From the NCBI GenBank assembly GCA_030747175.1, contig JASLLE010000002.1, forward strand, positions 21,172 to 85,171: a stretch of DNA of 64,000 nt, read 5' to 3'. Numbering within the stretch: the first letter of the stretch is position 1; every line of letters starts with the position of its first letter. The notes under the pieces were generated by a model. It worked only from the letters and a program-made list of their open reading frames with translations. It did no database searches and was not told the origin of the DNA. This document shows positions 9,455-19,418 of the stretch, one piece after another. The position numbers were made by a program, and so were the translations under genes. This DNA is from Dehalococcoidia bacterium (GTDB lineage: Bacteria > Chloroflexota > Dehalococcoidia > Lucifugimonadales > Lucifugimonadaceae).

Positions 9455-9595
9455 CCATCCCGATCCTTCCGGTATCGGAAGGACGAGGGACCTTCACCAA
9501 CACGCGAGTCGGCGAGTAGACATCATCTCCGCCAGACCCTCGTTCACCCTCATACTTCCACACGCTCAGCACAGACTCCCGGCCCTCTACTCGAC
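9455..9595 (+). repeat. Copy 2 of the roughly 130-nt element, with the CCTTCCGGTATCGGAAGG hairpin module
   Basis: Perfect hairpin at 9465-9482. The CATCCCGATCCTTCCGGTATCGGAAGGACGAGGGACCTTCACC core is shared with 38201-38245 and, inverted, with 37222-37258. Confidence 0.7.
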
Positions 9596-9682
9596 ATCGG
9601 TCGTCGCCCGTTGAGTAGACTTTCCGTTCCGGTTCTCTGCCACTTTCCGAGGGAATCGGACGGTGCCCGCAACCAGGAGATT

Positions 9683-10504
9683 ATGACCGACACAGGCGAC
9701 AACAGGCGGGAGACCTACCTTCACGGCCACCATCCGGTCGTGGTGGATGAGCACGCCCGGCGCAGCGCCGAGCGGAACGCCGCACACCTCCTTTCACACC
9801 TCAGCCCCGGGATGTCGCTGCTCGATATCGGCTGCGGACCCGGCAGCATAACCGCCGGGCTCGCGAAGGCCGTCGCACCGGGATCCACGATTGGAGTGGA
9901 TACGTCCGAGGATGCACTGGAACGGGCGAGGGCCGATGCCGATTCGGCCGGCCTTGAGAACGTGGAATATCGGATCGCCGACGCTTACGATCTCCCGTTT
10001 TCTGACGGATCGATTGACGCGACGCACATGCACCAGGTCTTGCAGCACCTGTCCGACCCGGAACGAGCCGTTCGGGAGGCCCTGCGGGTGTTGCGGCCCG
10101 GCGGTGTCATGGGCATCACCGAGGTCGACTGGGACACAGCGATCTTCTGGCCGCGCTCACCGGATACAGACCGCTTTCTCGAGATCTATGACGCCGTAGC
10201 CCTCCACAACGGCGGAGACCCGGATATGGGCCGGAAATTGCGATCGCTGCTGGAGCCGCTGGGGCTGGAGCGGGTGGAGATCGGCGCTATCGTGTGGTCG
10301 TTCGGCGACGCCGCATCCACCGAACAGTGGGGCGATCTGTGGAGGTCGCGCATCCAGGAATCTCACATCGGCACGGTCGCGGTCGAGACCGGAATCTCAA
10401 CGCCCGGAGAGCTAGCGCTGATCGGCGCGGCCATGCACGATTGGGGCCAGGCCCGCGACGCTTTCTTTTCGATCACTCACGGCACGGCGCTGGGCTGGAA
10501 ATAG
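9683..10504 (+). CDS. Class I SAM-dependent methyltransferase
   Basis: AGGAGA followed by ATG at 9683. The longer ORF from 9428 reads through the repeat element and is rejected. LLDIGCGPGSIT is SAM-binding motif I, and LRPGGV is motif post-II. Confidence 0.75.
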   Translation: MTDTGDNRRETYLHGHHPVVVDEHARRSAERNAAHLLSHLSPGMSLLDIGCGPGSITAGLAKAVAPGSTIGVDTSEDALERARADADSAGLENVEYRIADAYDLPFSDGSIDATHMHQVLQHLSDPERAVREALRVLRPGGVMGITEVDWDTAIFWPRSPDTDRFLEIYDAVALHNGGDPDMGRKLRSLLEPLGLERVEIGAIVWSFGDAASTEQWGDLWRSRIQESHIGTVAVETGISTPGELALIGAAMHDWGQARDAFFSITHGTALGWK

Positions 10505-10644
10505 CGCGATCCCGGAGTTATGACATCCCCGGCGACACGGCGAGCGTGGGCAACCATGTGGGTAGCTTGGACCCCCGGAAACCCACGTGGCGCCAGGCGC
10601 ATATGATCTCTTGAAGAGTGATCTCAGAATAATCGGAGGACTCC

Positions 10645-11607
10645 TTGCCCAAATACGTGATACTGCCGCCGCTCGACGATCTTCGCCGCGAGTTCGCTCG
10701 CCGGATGGCCGATACGATGCCGGAGTTCGATGTGGTCGCCCCGGAGACGGACGACGAAGTGATCGAGGAGATCAAGGACGCCGATGGCGCATACGGCTGG
10801 GTGCCGCCCGAGGCGTTAAAGGGAGCCGCCAGATTGCGGCTCCTCCAGAACCCTGATGCCGGACCCTTCCACGGCTACTACTACCAGGAGCTGATCGATC
10901 ACCCGGTCACGATCTCAAACCCGCGTGGCATCTACTTCGACCATATAAGCCACCACATCATGATGTTCATGCTGGCGCTGTCCCGTGGGCTGCCGGAATA
11001 CGTTGACGCGCAGAGCCAGTCAAAGTGGAATCCGGGCGCGCCTCAACACAAACACGTCAGCCTGCCGGGCTCGACGGTGCTGGTCAACGGCGTGGGCGGC
11101 ATCGGCGCCGAGACGGCACGGCTGTGCAGCGAGTTCGGCGCGCGGGTGATCGGCATCGAACCACGGTCCGAGATCAACTCCCCGGCCGAATTGCATGATC
11201 CCTCAGAGCTTGATGCGTTGCTGCCTCGGGCCGACTTCGTCGTCACGACTGTGCCGCACACGCCGGAAACCGAGTTCATGTGGAACGCCGACCGCTTCAA
11301 GCTGATGAAGAACACGGCCTACTTCATCAACATCGGCCGCGGCATGACGGCGAAGCTCGACGATCTCACCGACGCGATCAGATCCGGTGAGATCGCTGGG
11401 GCGGGCCTGGACGTGTTCGAGATCGAGCCATTGCCGTCCGATCATCCGCTGTGGTCCATGGACAACGTGATCATCACGCCGCACGTTGCAACCGCGCACG
11501 CCGAGAACATATCGGAACGGCGTTTCGAGATCCTTTCCGAGAATGCACGCAGGCTCCTGGACGGTCGTGAATTCATCAACATCGTCGACAAGGAACGTTG
11601 GTATTAG
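10645..11607 (+). CDS. D-isomer-specific 2-hydroxyacid dehydrogenase
   Basis: TTG start after GGAGGA. VNGVGGIGAETARL is the NAD-binding motif. The catalytic-region pattern is ...NIGRG......D...E......PH. Confidence 0.85.
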   Translation: MPKYVILPPLDDLRREFARRMADTMPEFDVVAPETDDEVIEEIKDADGAYGWVPPEALKGAARLRLLQNPDAGPFHGYYYQELIDHPVTISNPRGIYFDHISHHIMMFMLALSRGLPEYVDAQSQSKWNPGAPQHKHVSLPGSTVLVNGVGGIGAETARLCSEFGARVIGIEPRSEINSPAELHDPSELDALLPRADFVVTTVPHTPETEFMWNADRFKLMKNTAYFINIGRGMTAKLDDLTDAIRSGEIAGAGLDVFEIEPLPSDHPLWSMDNVIITPHVATAHAENISERRFEILSENARRLLDGREFINIVDKERWY

Positions 11608-11683
11608 CGACGGGCATGGTCCATTCCGGGAGAGCATCCAGATCACTCGCCCATTCGCTTGACCCCGGGTGTAGATTTGCCGC

Positions 11684-12388
11684 ATGGCAAACGCAACTAC
11701 TTCCTCCAACACCGGCCTCGGCTATTCCGACCTGCCCCGGCTGATGACACTCATGACCGGCGACGAGAAGCACTCGTTCAGCGCCACCTCCACGCTCGAC
11801 GTGCTGTGGGTGCTCTACAACCGGGTGCTCAACATCGACCCGGACAATCCAGAAGACCCCGGGCGCGACCGCTTCCTGCTGTCAAAAGGCCACGGGCCGA
11901 TGGCGTACTACGCCGTGCTCGCAGCGAAGGGCTTCATCCCGGTCGAGACCCTGCCGACCTTTGCACAGTACGATTCGATTCTCGGCAAACACCCGGACTC
12001 CATGCTCATCCCGGGCGTGGAGATCGGGTCCGGCTCTCTCGGACACGGGTTGCCGATAGCGGCCGGGATGGCGAACGGCCTCAAGGCCAGAGGGTCCGGT
12101 TCACGGGTCTTCTGCATGGTCGGCGATGCCGAATCCAACGAGGGCAGCGGGTACGAGGCGATAGCGATGGCCGGGCGGCTCAATCTGAGCAATCTGACGG
12201 CGATCGTGATCGACAATAAGTCGGACGCAACCGGATGGCCGGGCGGCATAGCTTCCCGATTTGCCGTTGAGGGCTGGTCAACAGCCGACGTAGACGGGCG
12301 AGACCACGGCGCGATCCACGAGGCGCTTGTGACCCCGCACAGTGACCGGCCCCACGTTGTGGTGGCGCTGGTCGAACCGAAGGCCTGA
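11684..12388 (+). CDS. Transketolase, N-terminal (TPP-binding) subunit
   Basis: STLDVLWVLY...DRFLLSKGHGPMAYYAVLAAKG, and GSLGHGLPIAAGMA...MVGDAESNEGS is the TPP motif. Confidence 0.85.
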   Translation: MANATTSSNTGLGYSDLPRLMTLMTGDEKHSFSATSTLDVLWVLYNRVLNIDPDNPEDPGRDRFLLSKGHGPMAYYAVLAAKGFIPVETLPTFAQYDSILGKHPDSMLIPGVEIGSGSLGHGLPIAAGMANGLKARGSGSRVFCMVGDAESNEGSGYEAIAMAGRLNLSNLTAIVIDNKSDATGWPGGIASRFAVEGWSTADVDGRDHGAIHEALVTPHSDRPHVVVALVEPKA

Positions 12389-12392
12389 TCCC

Positions 12393-13307
12393 ATGCCAAC
12401 CATGCGAGAACGCTTTACCGCCGTCACGTCTGAGCTGCTTGATAGCGATCCCCGTGTCGCGCTGATCCTCGCCGCGATCGGCATCGCTCAATTCAAGGAC
12501 ACTGGAGTTATTGACCGGCACCCGGACCGGGTCATAAACGTCGGAATCCGGGAACAACTGCAAATGGGGTTTGCCGCCGGAATGGCGAAAGAGGGATTCC
12601 GGCCGATAGCCCACACCTACGCACCATTTCTCGTTCAGCGGCCGTGGGAGCAGATTCGACTCGATTTCGGGCACCAGGGCGTCTCCGGGATCCTGGTGTC
12701 GATCGGCGCAACATACGACGAGGCTGACTGGGGTCGCACGCACCAGGCGCCGGAAGACGTTCAACTTCTGGCGATGCTTCCAGACTGGCGCATCCACGTA
12801 CCCGGTCACCCCGACGAAGTCGAAGCTCAGCTACGTGCGGCCGTCACGGACGACATCAACGTCTACATCCGGCTTTCCACGCAGACCAACGATCGCGCCT
12901 ACCTGGCCAGCGGTCCGGGTTTCTCAACAGTCCGGACCGGCTCGGGCGATGCCCCCACAGTGGTCGCTGTCGGACCGATGCTGGATGTGGTGATCAAAGC
13001 AACTGCTGATCTTGACGTCACGCTCCTCTACGCAAACACCATCCGGCCGTTCGACGGCGAGACCCTGCGCTCGGTGTTGCGGAAACCCGAGGTCGTGCTG
13101 GTGGAGCCATACCTCGAAGGCACATCGTCGGCCGAAGTCTCGCAACTCCTGCAGACCACGCCGCACCGGATCCTGTCGCTGGGCACTTCACAGAAGGAAA
13201 ACCGGCACTACGGAACCGCTGACGAGCACTTTGCAGCGCACGGACTGGACGAAGCCGGCATACGAAACAGCATCACGGAGTTCGTTGCACAACGCGTACC
13301 TGCGTAA
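12393..13307 (+). CDS. Transketolase, C-terminal (pyrimidine-binding) subunit
   Basis: ATG at 12393 lies 5 nt after the N-subunit stop. INVGIREQLQMGFAAGMAKEGFRP is typical of split transketolases. Confidence 0.85.
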   Translation: MPTMRERFTAVTSELLDSDPRVALILAAIGIAQFKDTGVIDRHPDRVINVGIREQLQMGFAAGMAKEGFRPIAHTYAPFLVQRPWEQIRLDFGHQGVSGILVSIGATYDEADWGRTHQAPEDVQLLAMLPDWRIHVPGHPDEVEAQLRAAVTDDINVYIRLSTQTNDRAYLASGPGFSTVRTGSGDAPTVVAVGPMLDVVIKATADLDVTLLYANTIRPFDGETLRSVLRKPEVVLVEPYLEGTSSAEVSQLLQTTPHRILSLGTSQKENRHYGTADEHFAAHGLDEAGIRNSITEFVAQRVPA

Positions 13308-13327
13308 CGCCGCGTTCGGCTCCTGAT

Positions 13328-14812
13328 CTAATCGTCCCATACCGTGCGGCGTGACTTCGAGAAGAACGCCAGTAACAGTCCGACCGCGGAGAAGGCCGTG
13401 ACCAGCACGTAGGCCGCGCGCCAGCCATCGGCGAACGCGTCGCCGGCTCCCGGGGTTTCGGCTATCTCGTCAAGCTGAATGTCGAATCCGCGGGACACCA
13501 TAACGCCCACCACGACCGTAGAGGCGATGGCCTGTCCGGTCACGTTACCAAAGTTACGAGACAGGTTGGTCAGCGCTCCCACCACGCCAAACCGGGATGG
13601 CGGCACAGATCCCATGATCATGCTGCTGTTGGGCACGTTCCACATCCCCATGGCGAGGCCGTTGATGAACACCACCACCATTACCAGCCCCATCGGAGTC
13701 TCGCCATCGACAAACGAGAACGCCAGAGCGGTGCCGATGAGGATGAGGAAGCCCATTATCAGAAATGGCCGCTCACCGAACCGGTCTGAGAGCCGCCCAC
13801 TGGTTTGCGCCGCCATGCCCATCCCGAGCGAAGTGAGAAACAGGACGAGGCCGGCGGCGCCCTCGGTCAGCCCGCGGAAACTGATCAGGAATATCGGCAG
13901 CAAGAACCGCGTCGCCGTCGTTCCCATGAATCCCAGGACACGGGTCGTTATGCCCAGGCTAAACATGAAATTGCTGAACATCCTGAGCTCGAGCATAGGG
14001 GCGCTTGATCGAAGCTCCCACGTCACGAACCCGGCCAGCAGAACAAGTACCCCGGCGACGCTGCCGAGGATGATGGGAGAAACCCAGCTCACGCCGAGCG
14101 GGTTGTTGATGGTCAAAACCAGCAATGTGATAGCGGCGGCGGAGAGGAAAGCACCGATCCAGTCGAATGGAGGACTGTCTTTGCTGCGGCCCCGGCTCAC
14201 CCTCTCTTCGTCCAGCACGAAGAACCCGGCGACGAAGGCGATGGAGATCGGGACCAGCAGCATCAGGAACAACGTCTCCCACGGAAACCACTGGAGGACC
14301 AGCCCCGCAACGATGGGGCCGAGAGTGCCGCCGAAAGCCACCGCCGTGGTCTGGCTGCCGATCGCCATGCCCCGCTCCTGGGCCGGGAATACAGAGATCA
14401 CCATCGCCATTCCGACCGACTGGCCCATTGCATTGCCGACGGCCATCACTACACGGAAGATGATCAAGATGCCGAAAGTGGGGGAGAACGCGGATCCAGC
14501 GGCCCCGGCGGCAAATAGCACCAGCCCGATAAGGTGGACTTTTTTCCGCCCGATGATGTCGGCAAGACGCCCCATCGGCAGCATCAAAGCACTGATGGTG
14601 AGCGCCTGGGCGATCACGACCCAGGTAACGGCCCGGAGCGTGATGCCGTAGTCCTCTGCGATGGCGGACAGGGCGACGAACGCCATCTGCATGCTCATCA
14701 CCATGGTGGTGAAAGCGATGGCGATGACGGCGAACGCCTTCCATTTGTAGGCGTCGCCAGGTTGACGGCCGCTTCTTAACGAAGGGGCGTCATCCGTCCG
14801 GGATGCGCTCAT
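13328..14812 (-). CDS. MFS transporter, 14-TMS drug:H+ antiporter (DHA2)-like
   Basis: Many hydrophobic spans. GRLADIIGRKKV is MFS motif A. The length fits a 14-TMS transporter. Confidence 0.85.
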   Translation of the reverse strand: MSASRTDDAPSLRSGRQPGDAYKWKAFAVIAIAFTTMVMSMQMAFVALSAIAEDYGITLRAVTWVVIAQALTISALMLPMGRLADIIGRKKVHLIGLVLFAAGAAGSAFSPTFGILIIFRVVMAVGNAMGQSVGMAMVISVFPAQERGMAIGSQTTAVAFGGTLGPIVAGLVLQWFPWETLFLMLLVPISIAFVAGFFVLDEERVSRGRSKDSPPFDWIGAFLSAAAITLLVLTINNPLGVSWVSPIILGSVAGVLVLLAGFVTWELRSSAPMLELRMFSNFMFSLGITTRVLGFMGTTATRFLLPIFLISFRGLTEGAAGLVLFLTSLGMGMAAQTSGRLSDRFGERPFLIMGFLILIGTALAFSFVDGETPMGLVMVVVFINGLAMGMWNVPNSSMIMGSVPPSRFGVVGALTNLSRNFGNVTGQAIASTVVVGVMVSRGFDIQLDEIAETPGAGDAFADGWRAAYVLVTAFSAVGLLLAFFSKSRRTVWDD

Positions 14813-14912
14813 CGGCGGCAGCCAACAGCAGCGGGGTTATTTACGGGCACAGGGGGGATACTACTTCAGAATCCGTCCGGCAATTGCCGATGACCGGACG
14901 TCCGCCCCGGCG

Positions 14913-16271
14913 TCATCCCAGATTTCTCAACTTGCCGAACCTGATGGCGAAGATGGCGGTGACGGCCAGCAGGACCATCGACATGCCAAGGATCGCCGCC
15001 GTCGGGCCGAACAGCTCCATCGCCGTCGCAACCGTCAGGATGCCGAACGGCATGAAGCCGAAGATCATCTCGAACATGCTGGCCACACGGGCGCGATGTT
15101 CGTCGTCGGAAAGCTCCATCGCCAGCGCCTGCCCCAGCGCAAACCGACCCGCCTCCCCGATGCCGACAAACAGCATCAGGAACAGGCCGATCCAGTAGAA
15201 CGGCAACCCGGTAACGGCCGCCATGGCGATCGCCGACAGGAAGGCAGAGCCCATCAATACGGCGCCCCTGCGTTGTCCCCGCCGCAACGCTGCCATGCCC
15301 AGCGCGCCCAGCAGTGAGCCGATTCCGGTCATAGCCGTCAACGCCCCCACCTGGAACGGACTAGCCCCGTACACGTCTTTCGCAAATGCCGGAAGCAGCA
15401 TCCGGAACGGCATCGTCAGGATCATCACAACTCCCGCGAACACCAGAACGGACAGCAACTCTCTGTACTGGCGGACGTACTTGAAACCGTCAACCACGTT
15501 TGACGCCACGGATCGCCTCGGGGCGTTCGGGTCTGGATCAAACCGTGGCAACCGGGTCATGAACAGGATGGCGACGCAGTTCAGACTCGCCACCACCAGG
15601 TACACGCCCTCCGGCCCGATAACACCGTACAGCACGCCGCCGATGGCCGGGGCTACCATCGTCGTGATGCTCATCGCCGCCGAGTTGAGCGACACGGCGT
15701 TAGACATCAAATCTTTGCTGACGATTCTCTGGATCATCATCTGCCGGGCCGGCATCATGAACGCAAAATAGAGGCCCTGGATCATCGAGGCGATCAGCAG
15801 GTACTCCCAGGTCAGCACATCGGCGATGATCGTGATCGCCACGGCCAGCGCGATGGCAACCTGCCCCACCTGGAGTATCTGGATCAGGGTGCGACGCTCC
15901 ACGCGTTCGGCAACGGTGCCGCCGACAAACGAACCGAAGAAAGACGCCGGGGCGAAGCCCACAGCGATCAGGCCGGTGATGAAGAACGAGTCTGTGATGT
16001 CGTAAGCGAGGATGCCGCGCGCAAGGAACTGCATCTGTGTGCCGCTCATGCCCGTCATTACGCCTAGCCAGAGGAACCTGTAGTGACGATTCCCGAGCGA
16101 TTCGACGGCACGGCCAAACATGGCGCCGCGGCGTGCGACCGAAGGCGCGGCCGTTACAGCGGCTGTCCCATCCGAATCACGGAACGAGGTTCTTTCTGAC
16201 CCGTCGTCCGGCGACAGGGTGTCGCCGGGACGCAGCGGCCCGGTGGGTGCCATGTTTCCTGAGTGTCTCAC
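14913..16271 (-). CDS. MFS transporter
   Basis: The 12-TMS pattern begins at NRHYRFLWLGVMTG. The true start may be internal (ATG 16253 after AGGAA, or ATG 16121). Confidence 0.8.
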   Translation of the reverse strand: MRHSGNMAPTGPLRPGDTLSPDDGSERTSFRDSDGTAAVTAAPSVARRGAMFGRAVESLGNRHYRFLWLGVMTGMSGTQMQFLARGILAYDITDSFFITGLIAVGFAPASFFGSFVGGTVAERVERRTLIQILQVGQVAIALAVAITIIADVLTWEYLLIASMIQGLYFAFMMPARQMMIQRIVSKDLMSNAVSLNSAAMSITTMVAPAIGGVLYGVIGPEGVYLVVASLNCVAILFMTRLPRFDPDPNAPRRSVASNVVDGFKYVRQYRELLSVLVFAGVVMILTMPFRMLLPAFAKDVYGASPFQVGALTAMTGIGSLLGALGMAALRRGQRRGAVLMGSAFLSAIAMAAVTGLPFYWIGLFLMLFVGIGEAGRFALGQALAMELSDDEHRARVASMFEMIFGFMPFGILTVATAMELFGPTAAILGMSMVLLAVTAIFAIRFGKLRNLG

Positions 16272-16391
16272 CGGCGTCGGTCTGGACCGACCGACGATGC
16301 GGATTGAAGTCGAAATAAATACCGACCAACGCTTCGTGACACGTTGGCCGGTATCCGCTGAGCGCGATCATATCGCCGGGAGTCCGGCTGG

Positions 16392-16446
16392 CAAGCGAAA
16401 AACGATTCCAGACCCCGGAGTCACGACGATCTCTCCCGGGTCTGGA
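16392..16446 (-). terminator. Rho-independent terminator candidate after trpB2
   Basis: Stem CCAGACCCCGG(16408-16418)/CCCGGGTCTGG(35-45), followed on the minus strand by AATCGTTTTT. Confidence 0.5.
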
Positions 16447-16463
16447 GAATGCCGGTTACGGCT

Positions 16464-17819
16464 CTACATCTGCGGCACGGACTCCATCGCCGCGGCTATC
16501 TCTTCTTCCGGCAGGGCGTAATCAACCATATTTCCGGAGAAGTAGTTGTCGTAGGCAGACATGTCCAGGTGGCCGTGTCCGCACAGGTGGAACAGGATCG
16601 ACTTCTCCTCGCCTGTCTCTTTGCACATCAGGGCCTCGTCGATAGCCGCTTTGACGGCGTGAGACGGCTCCGGCGCAGGGATGATGCCCTCGGTGCTGGC
16701 GAACAGAACGGCGGCCTCGAAACATTCCGTCTGGTTGTACGCCCGCGCCTCGATCAGCCCGGCGTCCGCCATGGCGCTGATCAGCGGCGCCATGCCGTGA
16801 TAGCGGAGTCCGCCGGCATGGATCGGATTCGGGACAAACGTGTGTCCCAGTGTGTGCATCTTGAGCAAAGGCGTCATGCCGATGGCATCACCGAAGTCGT
16901 AAGCGAACCGGCCCTTCGTCAGGGATGGAGCGGCCGCAGGTTCCACGGCGATGAAGCGGATGTCTCCACCCGCAAGCTTCTGCGGCACGAACGGGAACGC
17001 AATTCCCGCCAGGTTTGACCCACCGCCGGCGCAGCCGATCACCATGTCGGGCTGGCCGCCCGCCAGGTCCATCTGCTTGATCGCCTCCTGTCCGATAACC
17101 GTCTGGTGCATCAACACGTGGTTCAGGACCGATCCCAGCGAGTACTTGGTGTTCTCATCACCCGCAGCAACCTCCACGGCCTCGGAAATTGCGATGCCGA
17201 GCGAACCGGGAGAATCGGCGTCCCCCTCAAGAATCGTACGGCCGGCGTTCGTCTCACTGCTCGGGCTCGCCGTTACGTCACCGCCCCAGATCTGCATCAT
17301 CGACTTCCGGTACGGCTTCTGATCGAAGCTGGCCCGCACCATGAAGACCTTCGCCTCGATGCCGAACTGCTGGCAGGCGAACGCCAGGGCGCTGCCCCAC
17401 TGGCCTGCGCCCGTCTCGGTGGAAATGCGCTTCGTGCCTGAGATGCTGTTGTAGTACGCCTGTGCCACCGCCGTGTTCGGCTTGTGGCTTCCGGCCGGGC
17501 TGACGCCCTCGTACTTGTAGAAAATTTTCGCCGGCGTCCCGAGAGCCTTTTCGAGCCCGGTGGCGCGGAACAGCGGCGTCGGCCGCCAGATCTTGTACAC
17601 GTCGCGCACCGGCTCCGGGATGTCTATCCAACGGTCCTGGCTGACCTCCTGCATGATCAGGTCCATCGGGAACAGCGGGGCGAAATCGTCCGGCCCGGCC
17701 GGTTGACCGGTGCCGGGATGCAGGGCCGGCGCGATCGGGACATCCAGGTCGGCCTGGATGTTGTACCAGCTGGTCGGAATATCGGTTTCGTTCAGTAGGA
17801 ACTTCTTCTGGTCAGCCAT
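16464..17819 (-). CDS. trpB2: TrpB-like PLP-dependent enzyme (tryptophan synthase beta, TrpB2 class), stand-alone
   Basis: [26 protein letters not shown]-terminus. The PLP lysine context is GSHKPNTA, and GCAGGGSN is present. About 450 aa, typical of TrpB2. No trpA is adjacent. Confidence 0.9.
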   Translation of the reverse strand: MADQKKFLLNETDIPTSWYNIQADLDVPIAPALHPGTGQPAGPDDFAPLFPMDLIMQEVSQDRWIDIPEPVRDVYKIWRPTPLFRATGLEKALGTPAKIFYKYEGVSPAGSHKPNTAVAQAYYNSISGTKRISTETGAGQWGSALAFACQQFGIEAKVFMVRASFDQKPYRKSMMQIWGGDVTASPSSETNAGRTILEGDADSPGSLGIAISEAVEVAAGDENTKYSLGSVLNHVLMHQTVIGQEAIKQMDLAGGQPDMVIGCAGGGSNLAGIAFPFVPQKLAGGDIRFIAVEPAAAPSLTKGRFAYDFGDAIGMTPLLKMHTLGHTFVPNPIHAGGLRYHGMAPLISAMADAGLIEARAYNQTECFEAAVLFASTEGIIPAPEPSHAVKAAIDEALMCKETGEEKSILFHLCGHGHLDMSAYDNYFSGNMVDYALPEEEIAAAMESVPQM

Positions 17820-18085
17820 GAGATCCTCCCTGCGTGTACATATCCGGGTAAGTGCGAGAGTGTGTGCTCAGGATTTGTGACCACTCTACGCCGCCAACTT
17901 TTCCGACGGAATCCTAAGACGAACTTCGTGAGGTAGTCGTGATGGGTTCAGCGGGCAACGTGACGCTGAAGACTCCCCGGTGCAGGAACCCTGGAATAGC
18001 ATCGCCTGCCCGTAGCTAAGAGGTTTCGAGTCGCCGACACTGGCGCGCGTCGAGCTAGAACTTTCGTGATGAGGCCCGCCCACAC

Positions 18086-19399
18086 ATGATCTCCGGTCCG
18101 CCGCAAATGGGTGAGTCCAGCCCGGGTATCGGACCGCCGCGGCCGGTGTCCATCGTGAAAAACCCGCAGTTCGTCAGGTTGTGGGCCATCGGCGGGTTTA
18201 CCAGCACGATGATGTGGCTGGACATGCTCGTAATCGCCCTGCTGACCCTGGACCTGACAGGCTCGCCCTTCCTCGTATCCCTGACCTTCTTCCTGCGTTT
18301 CACCCCGATGCTTTTTGGAATGGGCATCGGCGTGATCGCCGACCGGGTAAACCGCAAATACATGATGGCATTCGGGTTGGCCGTACAGGTTGTGGTTGCG
18401 GCCGTTCTGGCGTCGCTCGTGCTCACAGATGCCATCGAGTACTGGCACCTCGCCGTCGGAGCCTTCATCACCGGTACGGTGATGGCGAGTGAGTTCCCGG
18501 TGCGGCGCACCATGATCGGCGAGGTAGTTGAACCTGACCAGGTCGGACGGGCTGTGGCGCTTGAGTCCGGGACGAGCGCCGGGTCCCGGATACTCGGGCC
18601 GATAATCGGCGGCGCCTTTTTCGCCACGGTCGGACCCGGGGGTGGCTTCATGCTCGGCGTCGTGTTGTACGGGCTCGGGTTCCTGACAGCGCTCTCGATG
18701 CCTTATCGACCGCCGGAGCGGGAGGTGGTAAGCACAGGCCCGTTCCAGCAGATTCGCGAAGGCGTCAGCTACATCAACGGCAGCAGGCTGATGGTCAGCA
18801 CGCTGGTGGTGACCCTGCTCATGAACATCTTCGGCTTCCCGTACGTGAGCCAGCAGCCGGTCGTCGCCCGCGAACACCTGATGGTCAATGACGTCCTCGT
18901 CGGCGCGCTTCAATCGATCGAAGGCCTGGGCGCGTTCATCGGTGCGACGCTGATCGTGGTGTTCGCCCGGCCCGGACACTACACCCGGATCTACCTGTAC
19001 GGCTCTCTCCTCTTCCTCGTGGCGGCTGTCGTGTATTCCCGGTCCGACTGGTACTGGTTCAGCTTCGGGACCGTCTTCCTGGGCGGGTTTGGGATGGCCT
19101 CGTTCGCCGCCATGCAGAGCGCCATCATGATCTACGCCGCATCGCCCTCGATGAGGGCACGGGTGATGGGCTCGGTAGCGATGTTTATCGGACTTGGCCC
19201 GATCGGTCAGATCATCATCGGCGTACTTGCCGACTTGATAGACCCCCGCACGGCCATACTGATCACGGCCGGAATCGGCCTGTTCACGGTACTGGCATCG
19301 GCGGTGGTGTTCCCGATCTTGCGAAGCTCCCGGGCGATGGAACTTGACCGGGAACACCGTTTGGCCCGGGCGAGGGAATCTCAAGACGCGTCACGATAG
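18086..19399 (+). CDS. MFS transporter
   Basis: 12-TMS pattern starting NPQFVRLWAIGGF, with DRVNRKYMM as motif A. Confidence 0.8.
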   Translation: MISGPPQMGESSPGIGPPRPVSIVKNPQFVRLWAIGGFTSTMMWLDMLVIALLTLDLTGSPFLVSLTFFLRFTPMLFGMGIGVIADRVNRKYMMAFGLAVQVVVAAVLASLVLTDAIEYWHLAVGAFITGTVMASEFPVRRTMIGEVVEPDQVGRAVALESGTSAGSRILGPIIGGAFFATVGPGGGFMLGVVLYGLGFLTALSMPYRPPEREVVSTGPFQQIREGVSYINGSRLMVSTLVVTLLMNIFGFPYVSQQPVVAREHLMVNDVLVGALQSIEGLGAFIGATLIVVFARPGHYTRIYLYGSLLFLVAAVVYSRSDWYWFSFGTVFLGGFGMASFAAMQSAIMIYAASPSMRARVMGSVAMFIGLGPIGQIIIGVLADLIDPRTAILITAGIGLFTVLASAVVFPILRSSRAMELDREHRLARARESQDASR

Positions 19400-19418
19400 G
19401 CCAGCCGGTGAAACTCCC

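Noticed and set aside
9205-9595. The repeated hairpin units here (and at 37125-38325) as a CRISPR array.
   Set aside because: The copies are few, irregularly spaced, in mixed orientation and of mixed module composition. There are no uniform repeat-spacer periodicity and no cas genes.
9428-9682. Long N-terminal extensions or stand-alone ORFs that translate the repeat elements: the 9428 start of the methyltransferase, 9205-9519, the 37261 start of the sulfatase, 37013-37258 and 38015-38296.
   Set aside because: The peptide strings (SFRYRKDEGPSPT, GRGTFTNTR, RIAIRPYD) derive from the palindromic repeats. Good RBS and start combinations exist downstream at 9683 and 37102.
17948-19384. 478-aa ORF antisense to the MFS gene. 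Similar long antisense or alternative-frame ORFs occur at 32107-33579, 13479-14651, 20049-21029, 22540-23604, 6473-7291 and 43433-44209.
   Set aside because: Their translations are Arg/His/Pro/Gly-rich low-complexity sequence with no motifs. They mirror well-supported genes on the opposite strand or in another frame, which is the usual open-frame artefact of GC-rich DNA.
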